Below, in pieces: positions 23,183 to 32,499 of a DNA stretch of 39,236 nt. The notes under the pieces are model-generated. The model saw only the letters and a program-made list of their open reading frames with translations. It had not been told where the DNA came from and did not search any database. Position 1 is the first letter of the stretch. Each line of letters opens with the position of its first letter. The stretch covers positions 1 to 39,236 of the IMG/VR virus record IMGVR_UViG_3300017747_002857; one strand, written 5' to 3'. Position numbers and translations under genes: made by a program. The stretch comes from a virus (taxonomy: Duplodnaviria; Caudoviricetes).

Positions 23183-25662
23183 GCCACCATCGCGTCAATC
23201 TGCGCGTCCGTTTTGGCTTCAGCGTAGTAATCAAATCGCGTGAAGCTCGCGGCAGCGTTGCCGTCCGTGGTGCCACCGCCCGTGGGGCTACCACCGAGGC
23301 CGAACCAGGGGAAGGCCGACAGGTCAGGAATCGACTGCACATTGCCCAAGCCGTAGCTGCCGGTGCCGCCGGTGAACTTGGCATAGGATCCGTTGACGCC
23401 GAGCCGCCAGCGGTAAGCGAATTTAGTGCGCACACCATTCGCTACAGTTCCGATGCCGAGGCCGCTCGATACCGTGTCCGGGGCGCCAGCACCTGTAACT
23501 CGCATATAGTTCTGCACGGTGTCGGCGGTCGGAATGCCGCGCCGGTTGAACATGATGCGTTCGCTTCCATTGCCACCGAACTGGCACAGGTAACCGGCCT
23601 GTGAATACGAGATTTTGTATTTCGCCTCGATCAACACGGTGCCCGGCCCGAGGTTGTTAAACCACGACAAGAATGCCGTGTCGTCAGCGAACTGGTCGTA
23701 ATCTCGCGTAACGGTCGCGCTGGTCGCCGGAATATAGGGCACCGGGTGCGTGTAGCCGTGCGTGCTGTGCGTGATGTTGGCCGCACCCACTATCAGCGTG
23801 CCGGTTCGCGTGGTGTCGGTGCAGGCCGCGTCGGTTGCCGAATACAGTTCAAACTTGTGGGTGTTCGCGGCATTGCCGAGCACGGCACTCTCTGCCCACA
23901 GCATGAAGCCGCCATCGGCGAGCGTATCGACCGTGTGCTTGGTGCCGGTGGTCATGGTCACCACTGGCGTCGTGCCGGCACCCGGCGTGCCAGCAGAGGC
24001 GGCAATGCGAGCGCCGACCTGGTAGTGCACGCCGTTGCGGCATCCGGTCCAGTTGAGAACGCCGTCCGTGTTGTTGTATTGCGCCCCGCCGTTATTGCCG
24101 CTCGTGCCGCTGCGGTTGCTGTAGATCAGCGTGTCGCCGTTCGTCGGCACCGATCCGGTGTTGCCGCTGTAGAGCGCGTCGATGCAGGCGTCGCCGGTAT
24201 TCAGTGAAATCGCCGGCAGGGTGGAGGTCGTGCCCCCGGTGTTCGCAACCGAAACCACGCCGCTTAACGGGGTCGTCAGGTCCGTGCCGGTCCACGTCGA
24301 GCACTCAATCCAGCGCGAGGTCGGCGCGCTGTCGAACGTCGCCACCACGTTTGCGGTGCCGGATGCGGGGCTGATGAGATACCAGATGTCGCAGCCGCCA
24401 TCGTCGCCACCGCCACCGGTCCAGCCGGCAGCGCCCGCGAGTTGCGTCCATCCCGTTGCCGAGCCGCCAAGTGTCACGCCGGTTACCGTGCGCTGCGTCG
24501 GCGATTTGTAGTTGATGCAGGCGATCAGCAGCGTGGAGCCGACCGGCACGGCAACCGAAAGGGTGATCGTGGTTGTGGATTCCGCGACCGTGCCGGTGGA
24601 CAGCGTGTTCGTAACCGTGCCGCCAGGGCCCGGCCATTCGATCGTGTAGTTGAGGTAATCGATGCCCGCGGTCGTGTCGCGCAGCCGGCCGCACGACTTC
24701 GTTGATGGATTCACCAGTCCTTTGGCGAACATCAGCGTGTGACCCTTGGCCGTCGTGTCGCTCGGGCTAAAGGTCTGCAGCACGCCGCGCAGCGCGCCGG
24801 ATGTCGCCTGATCGAGCGTCGAGAGGCGAACGCCACCGAGGTTCAGCGCATTCGCCGTGATGGTCGGCGCGTTGAGCTTCGCCCACGCCGCGTTCGAAAA
24901 GTCCTCGGTGTAGAGCAGCAATTCCTGCTCTTCGGGGTGGATGTCCAGCCCCCACAGAACGCTGCTCGAAATAGCCGCGCCCACGGCTTCGGTGATCAGT
25001 TCAGCGTTGACCGTGTTGCCGTTGGCGGTGATGTAGTAATTCACGCCATCGACGCCGCAGCCCTTGTATGGGAACGACAGTGCACCCTTCGATTGATACT
25101 CGCCCGCCACCTGCACAAGTTGCTTGTTCGTGTTTTCAAGCTGGCCTTGCGTGCAGGTGCCGGTAACGGTCAGCGTGAACGTCTCGGTCGCGCCGACCGC
25201 AGCGCCGGAAGTTACGATCTTCTGCACGCGGGCCGCCGCACCCTGACCGACCAAGGTGCCGAGATTGCCGGAGGTGGATCCCTGTATCTGGCACGAGCCA
25301 GTGCCGGTGAACGACAGAATGTAAGGCTCGGTGCCCTTGATGCCGGTCACCGTATCGGTCGTGAAGGTTTCCGTTTTTCCGGAGGTCAGCAGGTTCTCGA
25401 CGCGCCGGTAGCCGAGAAACACCGCCTCGTTCGCCTTGGCGTAGCGGACGTAACCCTCGTGATCGGTGAACGAGCGGATGCTGTCAGTGCCGCGCAGGCA
25501 TGGGAGCGTGCAGCGGCCGTCGCTGGAGCGGATCGAGGGGCTGCTTTTCAGCCAATCGAAGGAGACGCGAGCGCCGCCAGCGCCCTCCCCCATAATCCCC
25601 CCGTTCATGATCCCGCCGTTCATTACCGCCGAACGGACCGCCCCTGCCATGATTCCCGTCAT
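23179..25662 (-). CDS. Head spike/fibre-like protein with LamG-like C-terminus
   Basis: GLDIHPEEQELLLYTEDFSNAAWAK and PYIPATSATVTRDYD match the recurrent GLLIE..TNLL.SEDF...SYIPT..VTR.AD head-spike-fibre pattern; C-terminal GTVLIEA...FDYYAEAKTDAQIDAM. Confidence 0.7.
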   Translation of the reverse strand: MTGIMAGAVRSAVMNGGIMNGGIMGEGAGGARVSFDWLKSSPSIRSSDGRCTLPCLRGTDSIRSFTDHEGYVRYAKANEAVFLGYRRVENLLTSGKTETFTTDTVTGIKGTEPYILSFTGTGSCQIQGSTSGNLGTLVGQGAAARVQKIVTSGAAVGATETFTLTVTGTCTQGQLENTNKQLVQVAGEYQSKGALSFPYKGCGVDGVNYYITANGNTVNAELITEAVGAAISSSVLWGLDIHPEEQELLLYTEDFSNAAWAKLNAPTITANALNLGGVRLSTLDQATSGALRGVLQTFSPSDTTAKGHTLMFAKGLVNPSTKSCGRLRDTTAGIDYLNYTIEWPGPGGTVTNTLSTGTVAESTTTITLSVAVPVGSTLLIACINYKSPTQRTVTGVTLGGSATGWTQLAGAAGWTGGGGDDGGCDIWYLISPASGTANVVATFDSAPTSRWIECSTWTGTDLTTPLSGVVSVANTGGTTSTLPAISLNTGDACIDALYSGNTGSVPTNGDTLIYSNRSGTSGNNGGAQYNNTDGVLNWTGCRNGVHYQVGARIAASAGTPGAGTTPVVTMTTGTKHTVDTLADGGFMLWAESAVLGNAANTHKFELYSATDAACTDTTRTGTLIVGAANITHSTHGYTHPVPYIPATSATVTRDYDQFADDTAFLSWFNNLGPGTVLIEAKYKISYSQAGYLCQFGGNGSERIMFNRRGIPTADTVQNYMRVTGAGAPDTVSSGLGIGTVANGVRTKFAYRWRLGVNGSYAKFTGGTGSYGLGNVQSIPDLSAFPWFGLGGSPTGGGTTDGNAAASFTRFDYYAEAKTDAQIDAMVA

Positions 25663-25670
25663 AGCGTCGC

Positions 25671-25952
25671 TTACTGCGAAATGCGCCCGACAGCCGTGCC
25701 GCTGGTGTAGTTGCCGGTCTTGATGCCGAAGCGGTAGGTGACGCCGCTGTCAGCCTCGTGGCCGCGGTCCTCGATGTTGGCGGTGTAGCTCTGCACGTCA
25801 AGCCAGGTCGCGCCCGCATCGAACGAACGCTGCAGGGTCACGGTGCCCGCCCAGGTGCCGGACAACGAAAAGTTGAAAGCGCCGGCAATGGCAACTGCCG
25901 TGGCGAACGTGTTCTGTGCGGAGATGCTGGAGGTGGTGCGGGCGACGGTCAT
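25671..25952 (-). CDS. Small beta-sandwich virion protein (spike-base/decoration-like, Asp-box)
   Basis: SGTWAGTVTLQRSFDAGATWLDV; GGGAG RBS; ATGA-coupled to the portal gene. Confidence 0.65.
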   Translation of the reverse strand: MTVARTTSSISAQNTFATAVAIAGAFNFSLSGTWAGTVTLQRSFDAGATWLDVQSYTANIEDRGHEADSGVTYRFGIKTGNYTSGTAVGRISQ

Positions 25953-27571
25953 GTGGTGGCTCCCATTTTCGGCATTGCTCCTGCTGCGGCCTGCATGGCC
26001 ACGGCTTCGGTTTGTTGCTGCTTCTGTTGGTCAGCGCGGTCCTTGCGATCCTGCGCGACCTTCTTCTTTTCGGGGATGAGGCGAGCCGGCACGCCCAGCA
26101 GCTCAGCGCGCTTCCTGACCGCATCGTCCCACTCGTAGTTGTCGAGCACCTCGGGGCGCAATGCGGACTCCTGGCCGAGTGTCGTTTCGTAACGATCCAT
26201 CGCGCCAACGTCTGCCATCTTCTGCGCGCGTGCCATCGGGTTTTTGTAGCGCACGACAAGCTCCTTGCCGCGCAGCGATTCCGGCGCCGGTCCCAGCGCA
26301 CCAGCACGATAAGCGAGGCCAAAGAGGCGCAAGCCCAGCGGCTGCAGCAGCTCAGATTGCATGCGGCCATAGTTCGGGCCCAGCAGTTGGCGCAGCAGCT
26401 CGACGCGCCCCTGAAACTCGCCGAGTGTCATCTGCGGGCGATCGGGCGAGGCTTCGAGCTGGTCGGACATCAGCACGCGGCGGATTTTGTTGTCGAGGCG
26501 ATCGACTGCGACCGCCGTCACATCGAACTTGCCGGCCGGCTGCAGCGGGAAAAACGAATCCTTGTCGGCCATGACGATGATCTTGCGCGGGCCGACGCGC
26601 ACGGTGTTCGGGTTCATCACGCCATCGTCAACCGCACCCCACATGCCGGCGACGGCGAGGTCAAGATTCGCGAGCGACATCTCGACGACCTTGTTGAGGG
26701 TCAGGATGTCGGGCATGGCTTCGAACACGGGGCCGGTCGGATACACGCTGCCGGGCAGCAACGTCCAGCGCGGGCCGATGATCGGCAGCTCGTGATACCC
26801 GCGTTCGCGCAGCAGCGTGTGCGCGTCCTTCTCGACGTGGCAGGCAGCAAAGGGCATGTTCTGCGCGAGTTGTCCGTTGCCGTCTTTTCGCGGGTAGATC
26901 GCCTGAATGACGGTCACCGGTGCATCAGGATTTTGGGCCGCCAGGTCGCGTGTCTTCTTGCTGACCATGTTCGGGCCGTACTCGTTGATCGCCTGCTCGG
27001 CGGTCATGGTCAATTCGCGGTGCCAGATGTCGAGCGGGCCACCGGCTTTCGACTGCGCGCAATAGCAGCCGGCCAGCGCCCACTGTTCGAACTTGTAGCC
27101 GCCCTCGTCATCCTCATCGACGTAGAGCGCGAAGAGGCCCGCAATGCACTCGTCGATCATGCACTCGAAAATCACGGCATCGAAGTTCGACGCCAGCACG
27201 TTGCGCCACACGATGTCGGCCGACTCGTCGAGCCACACGCGATCCTCGTCGGGCAGCGCCTCGTCTTCCATGCCGGCCACACCGTATTCGACCCAGCGGG
27301 AGTTCGACGGCACGAGTCCGGCGACCAGGGCGGATGCCAGGGTGCGCACGGAGTCGGTTGCGGTCGAGTCGAAGATTTTCAGCAGCGCCGCCTTGGCATA
27401 GGCGATCATCTGCGCCTCGTCCTGCTGCGACGCCTCAGAGCCAGCGGTCGCAAAGCGCGCACCCCGCAGCGGGTAGGTCACGTCGTAGCAGCGGCGATAG
27501 GTTTCGTCGAGCAGCGTGCGCTTCGTGCGCAGTTGCTTGTGACGGCGCAGGATCTGGTCGACGTCAGCCAT
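25949..27571 (-). CDS. Portal (head-tail connector, T7 gp8/Bbp21-like)
   Basis: IFDSTATDSVRTLASALVAGLVP...W, GYHELP...RW....GSVY..GP, LLGPNYGRMQSELL. Confidence 0.93.
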   Translation of the reverse strand: MADVDQILRRHKQLRTKRTLLDETYRRCYDVTYPLRGARFATAGSEASQQDEAQMIAYAKAALLKIFDSTATDSVRTLASALVAGLVPSNSRWVEYGVAGMEDEALPDEDRVWLDESADIVWRNVLASNFDAVIFECMIDECIAGLFALYVDEDDEGGYKFEQWALAGCYCAQSKAGGPLDIWHRELTMTAEQAINEYGPNMVSKKTRDLAAQNPDAPVTVIQAIYPRKDGNGQLAQNMPFAACHVEKDAHTLLRERGYHELPIIGPRWTLLPGSVYPTGPVFEAMPDILTLNKVVEMSLANLDLAVAGMWGAVDDGVMNPNTVRVGPRKIIVMADKDSFFPLQPAGKFDVTAVAVDRLDNKIRRVLMSDQLEASPDRPQMTLGEFQGRVELLRQLLGPNYGRMQSELLQPLGLRLFGLAYRAGALGPAPESLRGKELVVRYKNPMARAQKMADVGAMDRYETTLGQESALRPEVLDNYEWDDAVRKRAELLGVPARLIPEKKKVAQDRKDRADQQKQQQTEAVAMQAAAGAMPKMGATT

Positions 27572-28022
27572 TGACCGGCTCGAAGTAGAAGCGGATCGGC
27601 AACTGCCACTCGCGATAGAACCGCTGGAATTGGTGAATGTCGGCGCGCTTGACTGCGTGCTCGTGAGCGTCAGAAAAGGCTGCGACCTCTGCCTGCACTT
27701 GCGCCTCGAATGCCGCCTCGGCCTCCGTCATCGGCTTCGGGTCGTGCTCGATCACGCGCGGGTTGAGCGGGCCGGTCGGGATCTCCCAGCCCTTATCCGT
27801 CAGGACCAGGCCGCCGCGACGAAGCGGGCTCTTTGCCGCGCGCTTGAATGCGATGTTGGCTGCAGCGGTGGCGCACTCGCGTTGCCACAACCGATAGGCG
27901 GCAACCTCGTGAGGGTTGGCGAATGCCTCGATCGGCAGATTGATGTGCTGCACCGCCAGTCGCGCAGACGTCTGAACGTCACGACTCGCCTGATCGACGA
28001 TGCGAAGCGCGGGAAGGCTCAT
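27564..28022 (-). CDS. Hypothetical protein
   Basis: Fills the gap between small virion genes and portal; LVLTDKGWEIP motif. Confidence 0.65.
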   Translation of the reverse strand: MSLPALRIVDQASRDVQTSARLAVQHINLPIEAFANPHEVAAYRLWQRECATAAANIAFKRAAKSPLRRGGLVLTDKGWEIPTGPLNPRVIEHDPKPMTEAEAAFEAQVQAEVAAFSDAHEHAVKRADIHQFQRFYREWQLPIRFYFEPVNG

Positions 28023-28024
28023 CG

Positions 28025-28270
28025 TTACGCCCCCAGCGTAGGTTTACCGATTGCTGCCCCTGATCCGGTTGTCGCCGCCGAGGTGTCGCCAATCGCGCCG
28101 GCGGTGGACAGCAGCGAGCGGCGCTTCTTGGCAATGGCCGCAGCATTCGCACCGGAGGTGTCGGCGCCCGCGGCCATCGTGGTGGCTGGTGCGGCTTGCT
28201 GGATCACCATCTGCGGTGCAGCCCCGCCGAGGATGCTGCTGAACAGTTTTCCGATGCCGCCGCCGCACAT
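28025..28270 (-). CDS. Small virion protein (T7 gp6.7/7.3-like)
   Basis: MCGGG start; RRSLLST...GKPTLGA end. Confidence 0.7.
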   Translation of the reverse strand: MCGGGIGKLFSSILGGAAPQMVIQQAAPATTMAAGADTSGANAAAIAKKRRSLLSTAGAIGDTSAATTGSGAAIGKPTLGA

Positions 28271-28272
28271 GG

Positions 28273-28572
28273 TCAGGACCCCAGCGAGAGTTTGCCGCCG
28301 GCTGTTGCCGACTGCGTGAGGGGGTCGCTACCGTCGCCCATGCCGCCGGCTTCGGATAGCAGGGAGTTGGCGCGAGCTGCGCGGCGCATGGCGAGTTTCT
28401 TCTGCTGCGCTTCCTGCGCGGCTTTGTCGGTGGCTGCGGCAGCGTCGGCTACCGGCGCGGCCTGCACGATCTCGGGCGACTTGCTGCCGGTCATCGACTT
28501 CAGGCTCGACACAGCGCCAAGTGCGGCGCCGGCCATCTGAAAAAACCCGAGGAACTCCGCGCCCGTGCACAT
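28273..28572 (-). CDS. Small virion protein, paralog of 28025..28270
   Basis: MCTGAE start; NSLLSE...GKLSLGS end. Confidence 0.7.
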   Translation of the reverse strand: MCTGAEFLGFFQMAGAALGAVSSLKSMTGSKSPEIVQAAPVADAAAATDKAAQEAQQKKLAMRRAARANSLLSEAGGMGDGSDPLTQSATAGGKLSLGS

Positions 28573-28574
28573 GG

Positions 28575-29030
28575 TCAGGCCGCCTTCTTCGCCCTGACCG
28601 CTTTGCCCAGCGCCTGCTGGCTGTCGGGCTCAACCACATCGAACGGGATCACGCGCGAGACCAGGCGGCCGACGTCCGGCAGCTCGATGTCGCCGATAAC
28701 GCCGAACGGCTCCTCGTCGCCCTCGGTCGGCGTGCCGTCCTTGCGAACGAGCGTGCCCTTCGGTAGGCGCGATTCAACGCCGAAGCGCATCACGTGGTCC
28801 GAGCGGCGGATCGTCGGCACATGCACCTTGACCTTGACGCCGTTGATCGTTGCTTCCCGCATCGCGGGGCCTTCGTCGAGAGCCGGCATCGGCGCCAGAT
28901 CCGGCTCACCACCGGAGGCCGCCGCCGCGATCGTGCGCGTGCGGATCTCGCGATCGCGGGCAACCTTGTTCGGGTCGTCGTTGGAATTGTTCAGCGGGCC
29001 GTCTTCGCCCGGCATGCGTGCGGCGCTCAA
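28575..29030 (-). CDS. Hypothetical protein
   Basis: TTGA overlap with the upstream gene. Confidence 0.6.
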   Translation of the reverse strand: MSAARMPGEDGPLNNSNDDPNKVARDREIRTRTIAAAASGGEPDLAPMPALDEGPAMREATINGVKVKVHVPTIRRSDHVMRFGVESRLPKGTLVRKDGTPTEGDEEPFGVIGDIELPDVGRLVSRVIPFDVVEPDSQQALGKAVRAKKAA

Positions 29031-29218
29031 TCGCGCACCAGGTGCCCGGCCTCGGTCAGAACCGAGGTGCGCGCTTCGTTGGCCTCGAGGTCAGCTTTCG
29101 CCTCGTCGACAGTGGGCAGGCCTTTGGCTGCGGGCACTGCGGTCGTGGATTCGTCTGCTTTCGGGCTGGGCTCGGCGTCAGGGCCGCCCTGCGGGACTTT
29201 CGTTTTCTGCTTCGCCAT
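29027..29218 (-). CDS. Small hypothetical protein, first of the late block
   Basis: GGAGG RBS 8 nt before ATG 29218; ends SVLTEAGHLVRD. Confidence 0.65.
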   Translation of the reverse strand: MAKQKTKVPQGGPDAEPSPKADESTTAVPAAKGLPTVDEAKADLEANEARTSVLTEAGHLVRD

Positions 29219-29474
29219 CGTCACGTCCTCCGATTGGTTTTGATGCTTCCACGCGCGGTTGTAATCCGAACAGAGTTTTCAGGGGGGAACTTGCCGCACA
29301 AAATTGTTGATGCACCGCAAGCAGACGCAATCCAGCGTCGAAGCTCGGGCGGCGATCGCCAGCGCGCCAGAGGCTGATTCCAGACTTGCGCACGTCGGAG
29401 CGGATGGCGATTTCGGCATCAGAGAGTCCGGCGTTTTCGAGGTCAATGATCAGCTGGGGGACGTTGACCTTCAC
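29178..29474 (-). CDS. HTH protein, possible late regulator
   Basis: LIIDLENAGLSDAEIAIRSDVRKSGISLWRAGDRRPSFDAGLRLL; lies between RusA and the virion genes. Confidence 0.7.
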   Translation of the reverse strand: MKVNVPQLIIDLENAGLSDAEIAIRSDVRKSGISLWRAGDRRPSFDAGLRLLAVHQQFCAASSPLKTLFGLQPRVEASKPIGGRDDGEAENESPAGRP

Positions 29475-29476
29475 GA

Positions 29477-29977
29477 TCAGAAGGGTTTCGCCGCGAGTTC
29501 TTCGCGCCTGACCGGCGGCGGCGCCGGCATGTCGAAGAGTTGCGGCTGCGCCGTCGGCACGCGCGGCCGCTCCTGCGTAATCCGCACCACCACCCTCGCC
29601 TCGCCGTCCGGCTCCATGCGGCGCGCGGCATCCGACCACACCCATTTGTCGTCGTCGAACACGACACCCTTCATCGAGTCGTATAGGCACTTCCTGACGT
29701 TGTCGATGTCCAGGGCGCGGACGTCATCATCCCAGCCGAACGGATCCATCCGCGCACGCCTCGCCCAATCCTGCGGGCGCTGCGGATATATCTCGAGATC
29801 GACGTGCACGCGGCCGGTCAACGGTTCGGTGATGCCGGCTTCGCGAGCGAGCTGCGCGACGGCCTTCTTGTATTTTTTCGCATCGCCGCTCGGCGCAACC
29901 ATTACGCGCTTGCCAAGCACGAACGAGCGCCAGTACCTGTTGGCCGAGATCGGCATCGGCAACGTGAGCGTGATCAC
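29477..29977 (-). CDS. rusA: RusA-family Holliday junction resolvase
   Basis: LPMPISANRYWR...DIDNVRKCLYDSMKGVVFDDDKWV. Confidence 0.9.
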   Translation of the reverse strand: MITLTLPMPISANRYWRSFVLGKRVMVAPSGDAKKYKKAVAQLAREAGITEPLTGRVHVDLEIYPQRPQDWARRARMDPFGWDDDVRALDIDNVRKCLYDSMKGVVFDDDKWVWSDAARRMEPDGEARVVVRITQERPRVPTAQPQLFDMPAPPPVRREELAAKPF

Positions 29978-30495
29978 AGATCCACCCAATGCCGCCGCCC
30001 GGTCGATGCCACGAGCTGCGCCTCGAAAAACTGCTTTCCCGCGTCAGCTGCGCGGGGGTGCGCAAGGAGCCGCTTCGCCTGCTCGACGGTCATGCTCATG
30101 CGATGGTGCTCGAACACGGGAGTGACCCACACGGGCACCCGCTTTGCCTCCGGGTTGCGAGGTGATGCGCCCGACTCCTCGCCATGCGGTTCGACTGCGT
30201 AGGGCCCTGTGTCGGTTCGGGCCTCTCTCGGGGTGTAATCGTGTTCGACCAACTCCAGCGGATGCGCCCCATCCCGCACCGGCAACTCGCGGATCCACGG
30301 CGGATCAAAGTCGTGGATCAGCTCGTTGACCCGCGGCGTGACGGTCTGCAGCTTCATACCCAGCAGATCGGCCAGCTCCTGCCGCGTCGGGCGCAGGCGC
30401 GGACGATTGCGCAGGCACTCGATGATCCGGCGCTGGCCGGCAGTGACGTTCGCGCGCTTGAACGCGGCGAGGCTGGTGTCGGACATGTTGCTCAC
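29974..30495 (-). CDS. Winged-helix DNA-binding protein
   Basis: TRQELADLLGMKLQTVTPRVNELI; GTGA overlaps. Confidence 0.7.
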   Translation of the reverse strand: MSNMSDTSLAAFKRANVTAGQRRIIECLRNRPRLRPTRQELADLLGMKLQTVTPRVNELIHDFDPPWIRELPVRDGAHPLELVEHDYTPREARTDTGPYAVEPHGEESGASPRNPEAKRVPVWVTPVFEHHRMSMTVEQAKRLLAHPRAADAGKQFFEAQLVASTGRRHWVDL

Positions 30496-30698
30496 CGCTT
30501 CACCGCCCGCGCGAACAGCTCGATCACGTTCTGCTCGTGCTGGCGCACGAATTCGCCGGTCAGGAAGGACGGCTCCTCGCCCAGCACCAGCGGCTGGTTG
30601 CGCTTCACGCACATGCGCAGCCACCACGCATCCTGCAGCCGCTCCATGCGCCGACGGAAGGCGTGACCAGGGCGGTAACGCGCGCGCGAGGGCTTCAT
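30492..30698 (-). CDS. Hypothetical protein
   Basis: ATGA/GTGA coupling on both sides. Confidence 0.6.
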   Translation of the reverse strand: MKPSRARYRPGHAFRRRMERLQDAWWLRMCVKRNQPLVLGEEPSFLTGEFVRQHEQNVIELFARAVKR

Positions 30699-31636
30699 GC
30701 GGCCTTCCTGATCGCCGTGTGAATCCGGTTTTTGAACTGCTCCCAATCCTCGCCAGCGACAGCCTTGACGCCGAGTTCGGTTGCCTTGGCTTCGATCCCC
30801 TCCTCCGTCGCCCACCAGTTGCCCTTACTGCTCGCCGCCGGGTCGAGCAAATCGTCGATGATCAGCGCGATCAGGTTCAGCGGAATCGGTCCCGATCCGC
30901 GCCCCTTTCTCGTCCGCGCTTTCGCCGCCGCTTCGTCGGCCGTTGCGAGCGTCATGCCCTTGGCAATCCAAGCGTCGAGCCTCGCGTCGTTCTCGGCGAT
31001 TCCGACTTCGAGCGACTGCAGATGCCTTGCCAGATCGACAGCCGGCCCCTCTGTAAGCTCCGCTTTTTCCACGGTTTTTGAATCTTTTTCAGGCAAAGGC
31101 GGCGGCGCTTTTTGCGGTTCTCGCGCGCTACTGCTGGCATCCACACCGCCGCCGCTTTGGCTGGAGGCTGGGGGTTGGAGGCTGGAGGCTGGGGGTTGGT
31201 GGTTGGTGGTTGGTGGATGGTTATTTGCGGGTTCGTCGCGGGTTACCTTTCCGGTTTTGGTCTGGGTTATGTTCTGGGTTTCTGTCTGGGTTTCGTTGCG
31301 GGTTTGTTTCTGGGTTTTAGGACGCCCGCCTTTTTTGCCGTTTTCGCGCGACGTTTCGATCACCGCGGTGGCGACCCCAAGCTCCTCATCGGCTCGATTG
31401 TTGTGATAACCGTCGTCTGCCAGCTCGAAGTATCGATCGAGGATTTTGTCGACCGACTTGCGATGCTCGGGCGTCATTGCCCGCACCATCGTGTAAATCT
31501 CCTGACGGTCGGCCGGCAGCGGCTCCTCTTCCGAATAGTAGTAATCGAGCAGCAGGCAATACGCCCCGTGATCGAGCATCGAAAGACGCGCGGTGTCGCG
31601 CAGATAATCGCCTACGTAGCGGCGGTAGTAATTCAA
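30695..31636 (-). CDS. Replication initiator, DUF1376/YdaU family
   Basis: TTG start with GGAGG RBS; NYYRRYVGDYLRDTARLS..HGAYCLLLDYYY, NGKKGGRP; internal repeat region. Confidence 0.85.
   Translation of the reverse strand: MNYYRRYVGDYLRDTARLSMLDHGAYCLLLDYYYSEEEPLPADRQEIYTMVRAMTPEHRKSVDKILDRYFELADDGYHNNRADEELGVATAVIETSRENGKKGGRPKTQKQTRNETQTETQNITQTKTGKVTRDEPANNHPPTTNHQPPASSLQPPASSQSGGGVDASSSAREPQKAPPPLPEKDSKTVEKAELTEGPAVDLARHLQSLEVGIAENDARLDAWIAKGMTLATADEAAAKARTRKGRGSGPIPLNLIALIIDDLLDPAASSKGNWWATEEGIEAKATELGVKAVAGEDWEQFKNRIHTAIRKAA
31159..31317. repeat. ori: Probable replication origin: 7-bp tandem array plus 12-bp-period iterons
   Basis: About 9 copies of a 7-mer (CACCAAC/CTCCAGC/CCCCAGC on the - strand, 31159-31222); (G/C)GGTT at 31240, 31252, 31264, 31276, 31288, 31300 and 31312. 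Confidence 0.7.
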
Positions 31637-32499
31637 GCGACCAACCTCCCCTGTGATTTCGAGCGCTCGAGCGCTGCAACGCACGCAGAATTCAGCCACA
31701 GCACCTCAGTACGGGGGCGCGCGCCATCCGCGTAATGGGCTCGCTCGACACGCTTCCAGTCGCCGTAGAGTTCATCGTCGTAAAGCGGGCAGGTATAGCC
31801 GGAGACGATCACCATGCCTTGACGCTCGCGCAGCGCGAGCGCGAGCCGGCGGTGCTCGAAATCGTCCATATCGTGCCGGTAGTAGTGACCGCGATTTCCG
31901 TTTTTATGGGTGAGCGACGACCTGGTCGAGTGCGGGTAAGGTGGATCCACGTAATGCAGCGTCGACGGCGAGTCGTGCTGCGTGATCACCTTCACAGCGT
32001 CACGGTTTTCGATGACGACGCCGCGCAACCGCTCGACGAATTCCTGCACCTGGCTAGGCCAGTTTGCCCAATCCGTCGCCGGGATCGTGCCCGATCGATT
32101 CGAGTTCGACCGGAAACCGGTAATGTGCATGCGCGTCATGCTGGCGCTGCCGAAGCCCATGAACGAGCGCACGATCATTTTATGCGCGGCGTCGATCGAG
32201 TCGGCCGGCTCGTCGTAAGCGGCCTTGAACTCGTCACGCGCGAACGGCGTCAGGCTGATGCGCTTGCACAATTCGGCGGCCGTCACTGGATCCCGCAGGA
32301 TCCTGAACACGTTGACTACGTCGGCGTCGAGATCGTTGTAAACCTCGCCATAGCAACGGGTCTTTCGCATCAGCAGCGACGCGGCGCCGCCAAAGGCCTC
32401 GACGTAGATGTTGTGCGGCGGGAAATGCTCCAGCACCCAGGGCGCGAGCTTCCACTTTCCACCGTGATACCGGAGCACCGGCCGACGCGGTCCGTTCAT
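31633..32499 (-). CDS. Orphan DNA adenine methyltransferase (Dam/D12 class)
   Basis: RYHGGKW, YVEAFGGAAS (motif I), YNDLD, YVDPPY (motif IV). Confidence 0.92.
   Translation of the reverse strand: MNGPRRPVLRYHGGKWKLAPWVLEHFPPHNIYVEAFGGAASLLMRKTRCYGEVYNDLDADVVNVFRILRDPVTAAELCKRISLTPFARDEFKAAYDEPADSIDAAHKMIVRSFMGFGSASMTRMHITGFRSNSNRSGTIPATDWANWPSQVQEFVERLRGVVIENRDAVKVITQHDSPSTLHYVDPPYPHSTRSSLTHKNGNRGHYYRHDMDDFEHRRLALALRERQGMVIVSGYTCPLYDDELYGDWKRVERAHYADGARPRTEVLWLNSACVAALERSKSQGRLVA

Noticed and set aside
31159-31317. CRISPR array or mini-array
   Set aside because: Short 7- and 12-bp periodic repeats without unique spacers, inside a CDS; no cas genes.
31633-32499. Restriction-modification system
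   Set aside because: No cognate endonuclease; orphan MTases are common in temperate phages.
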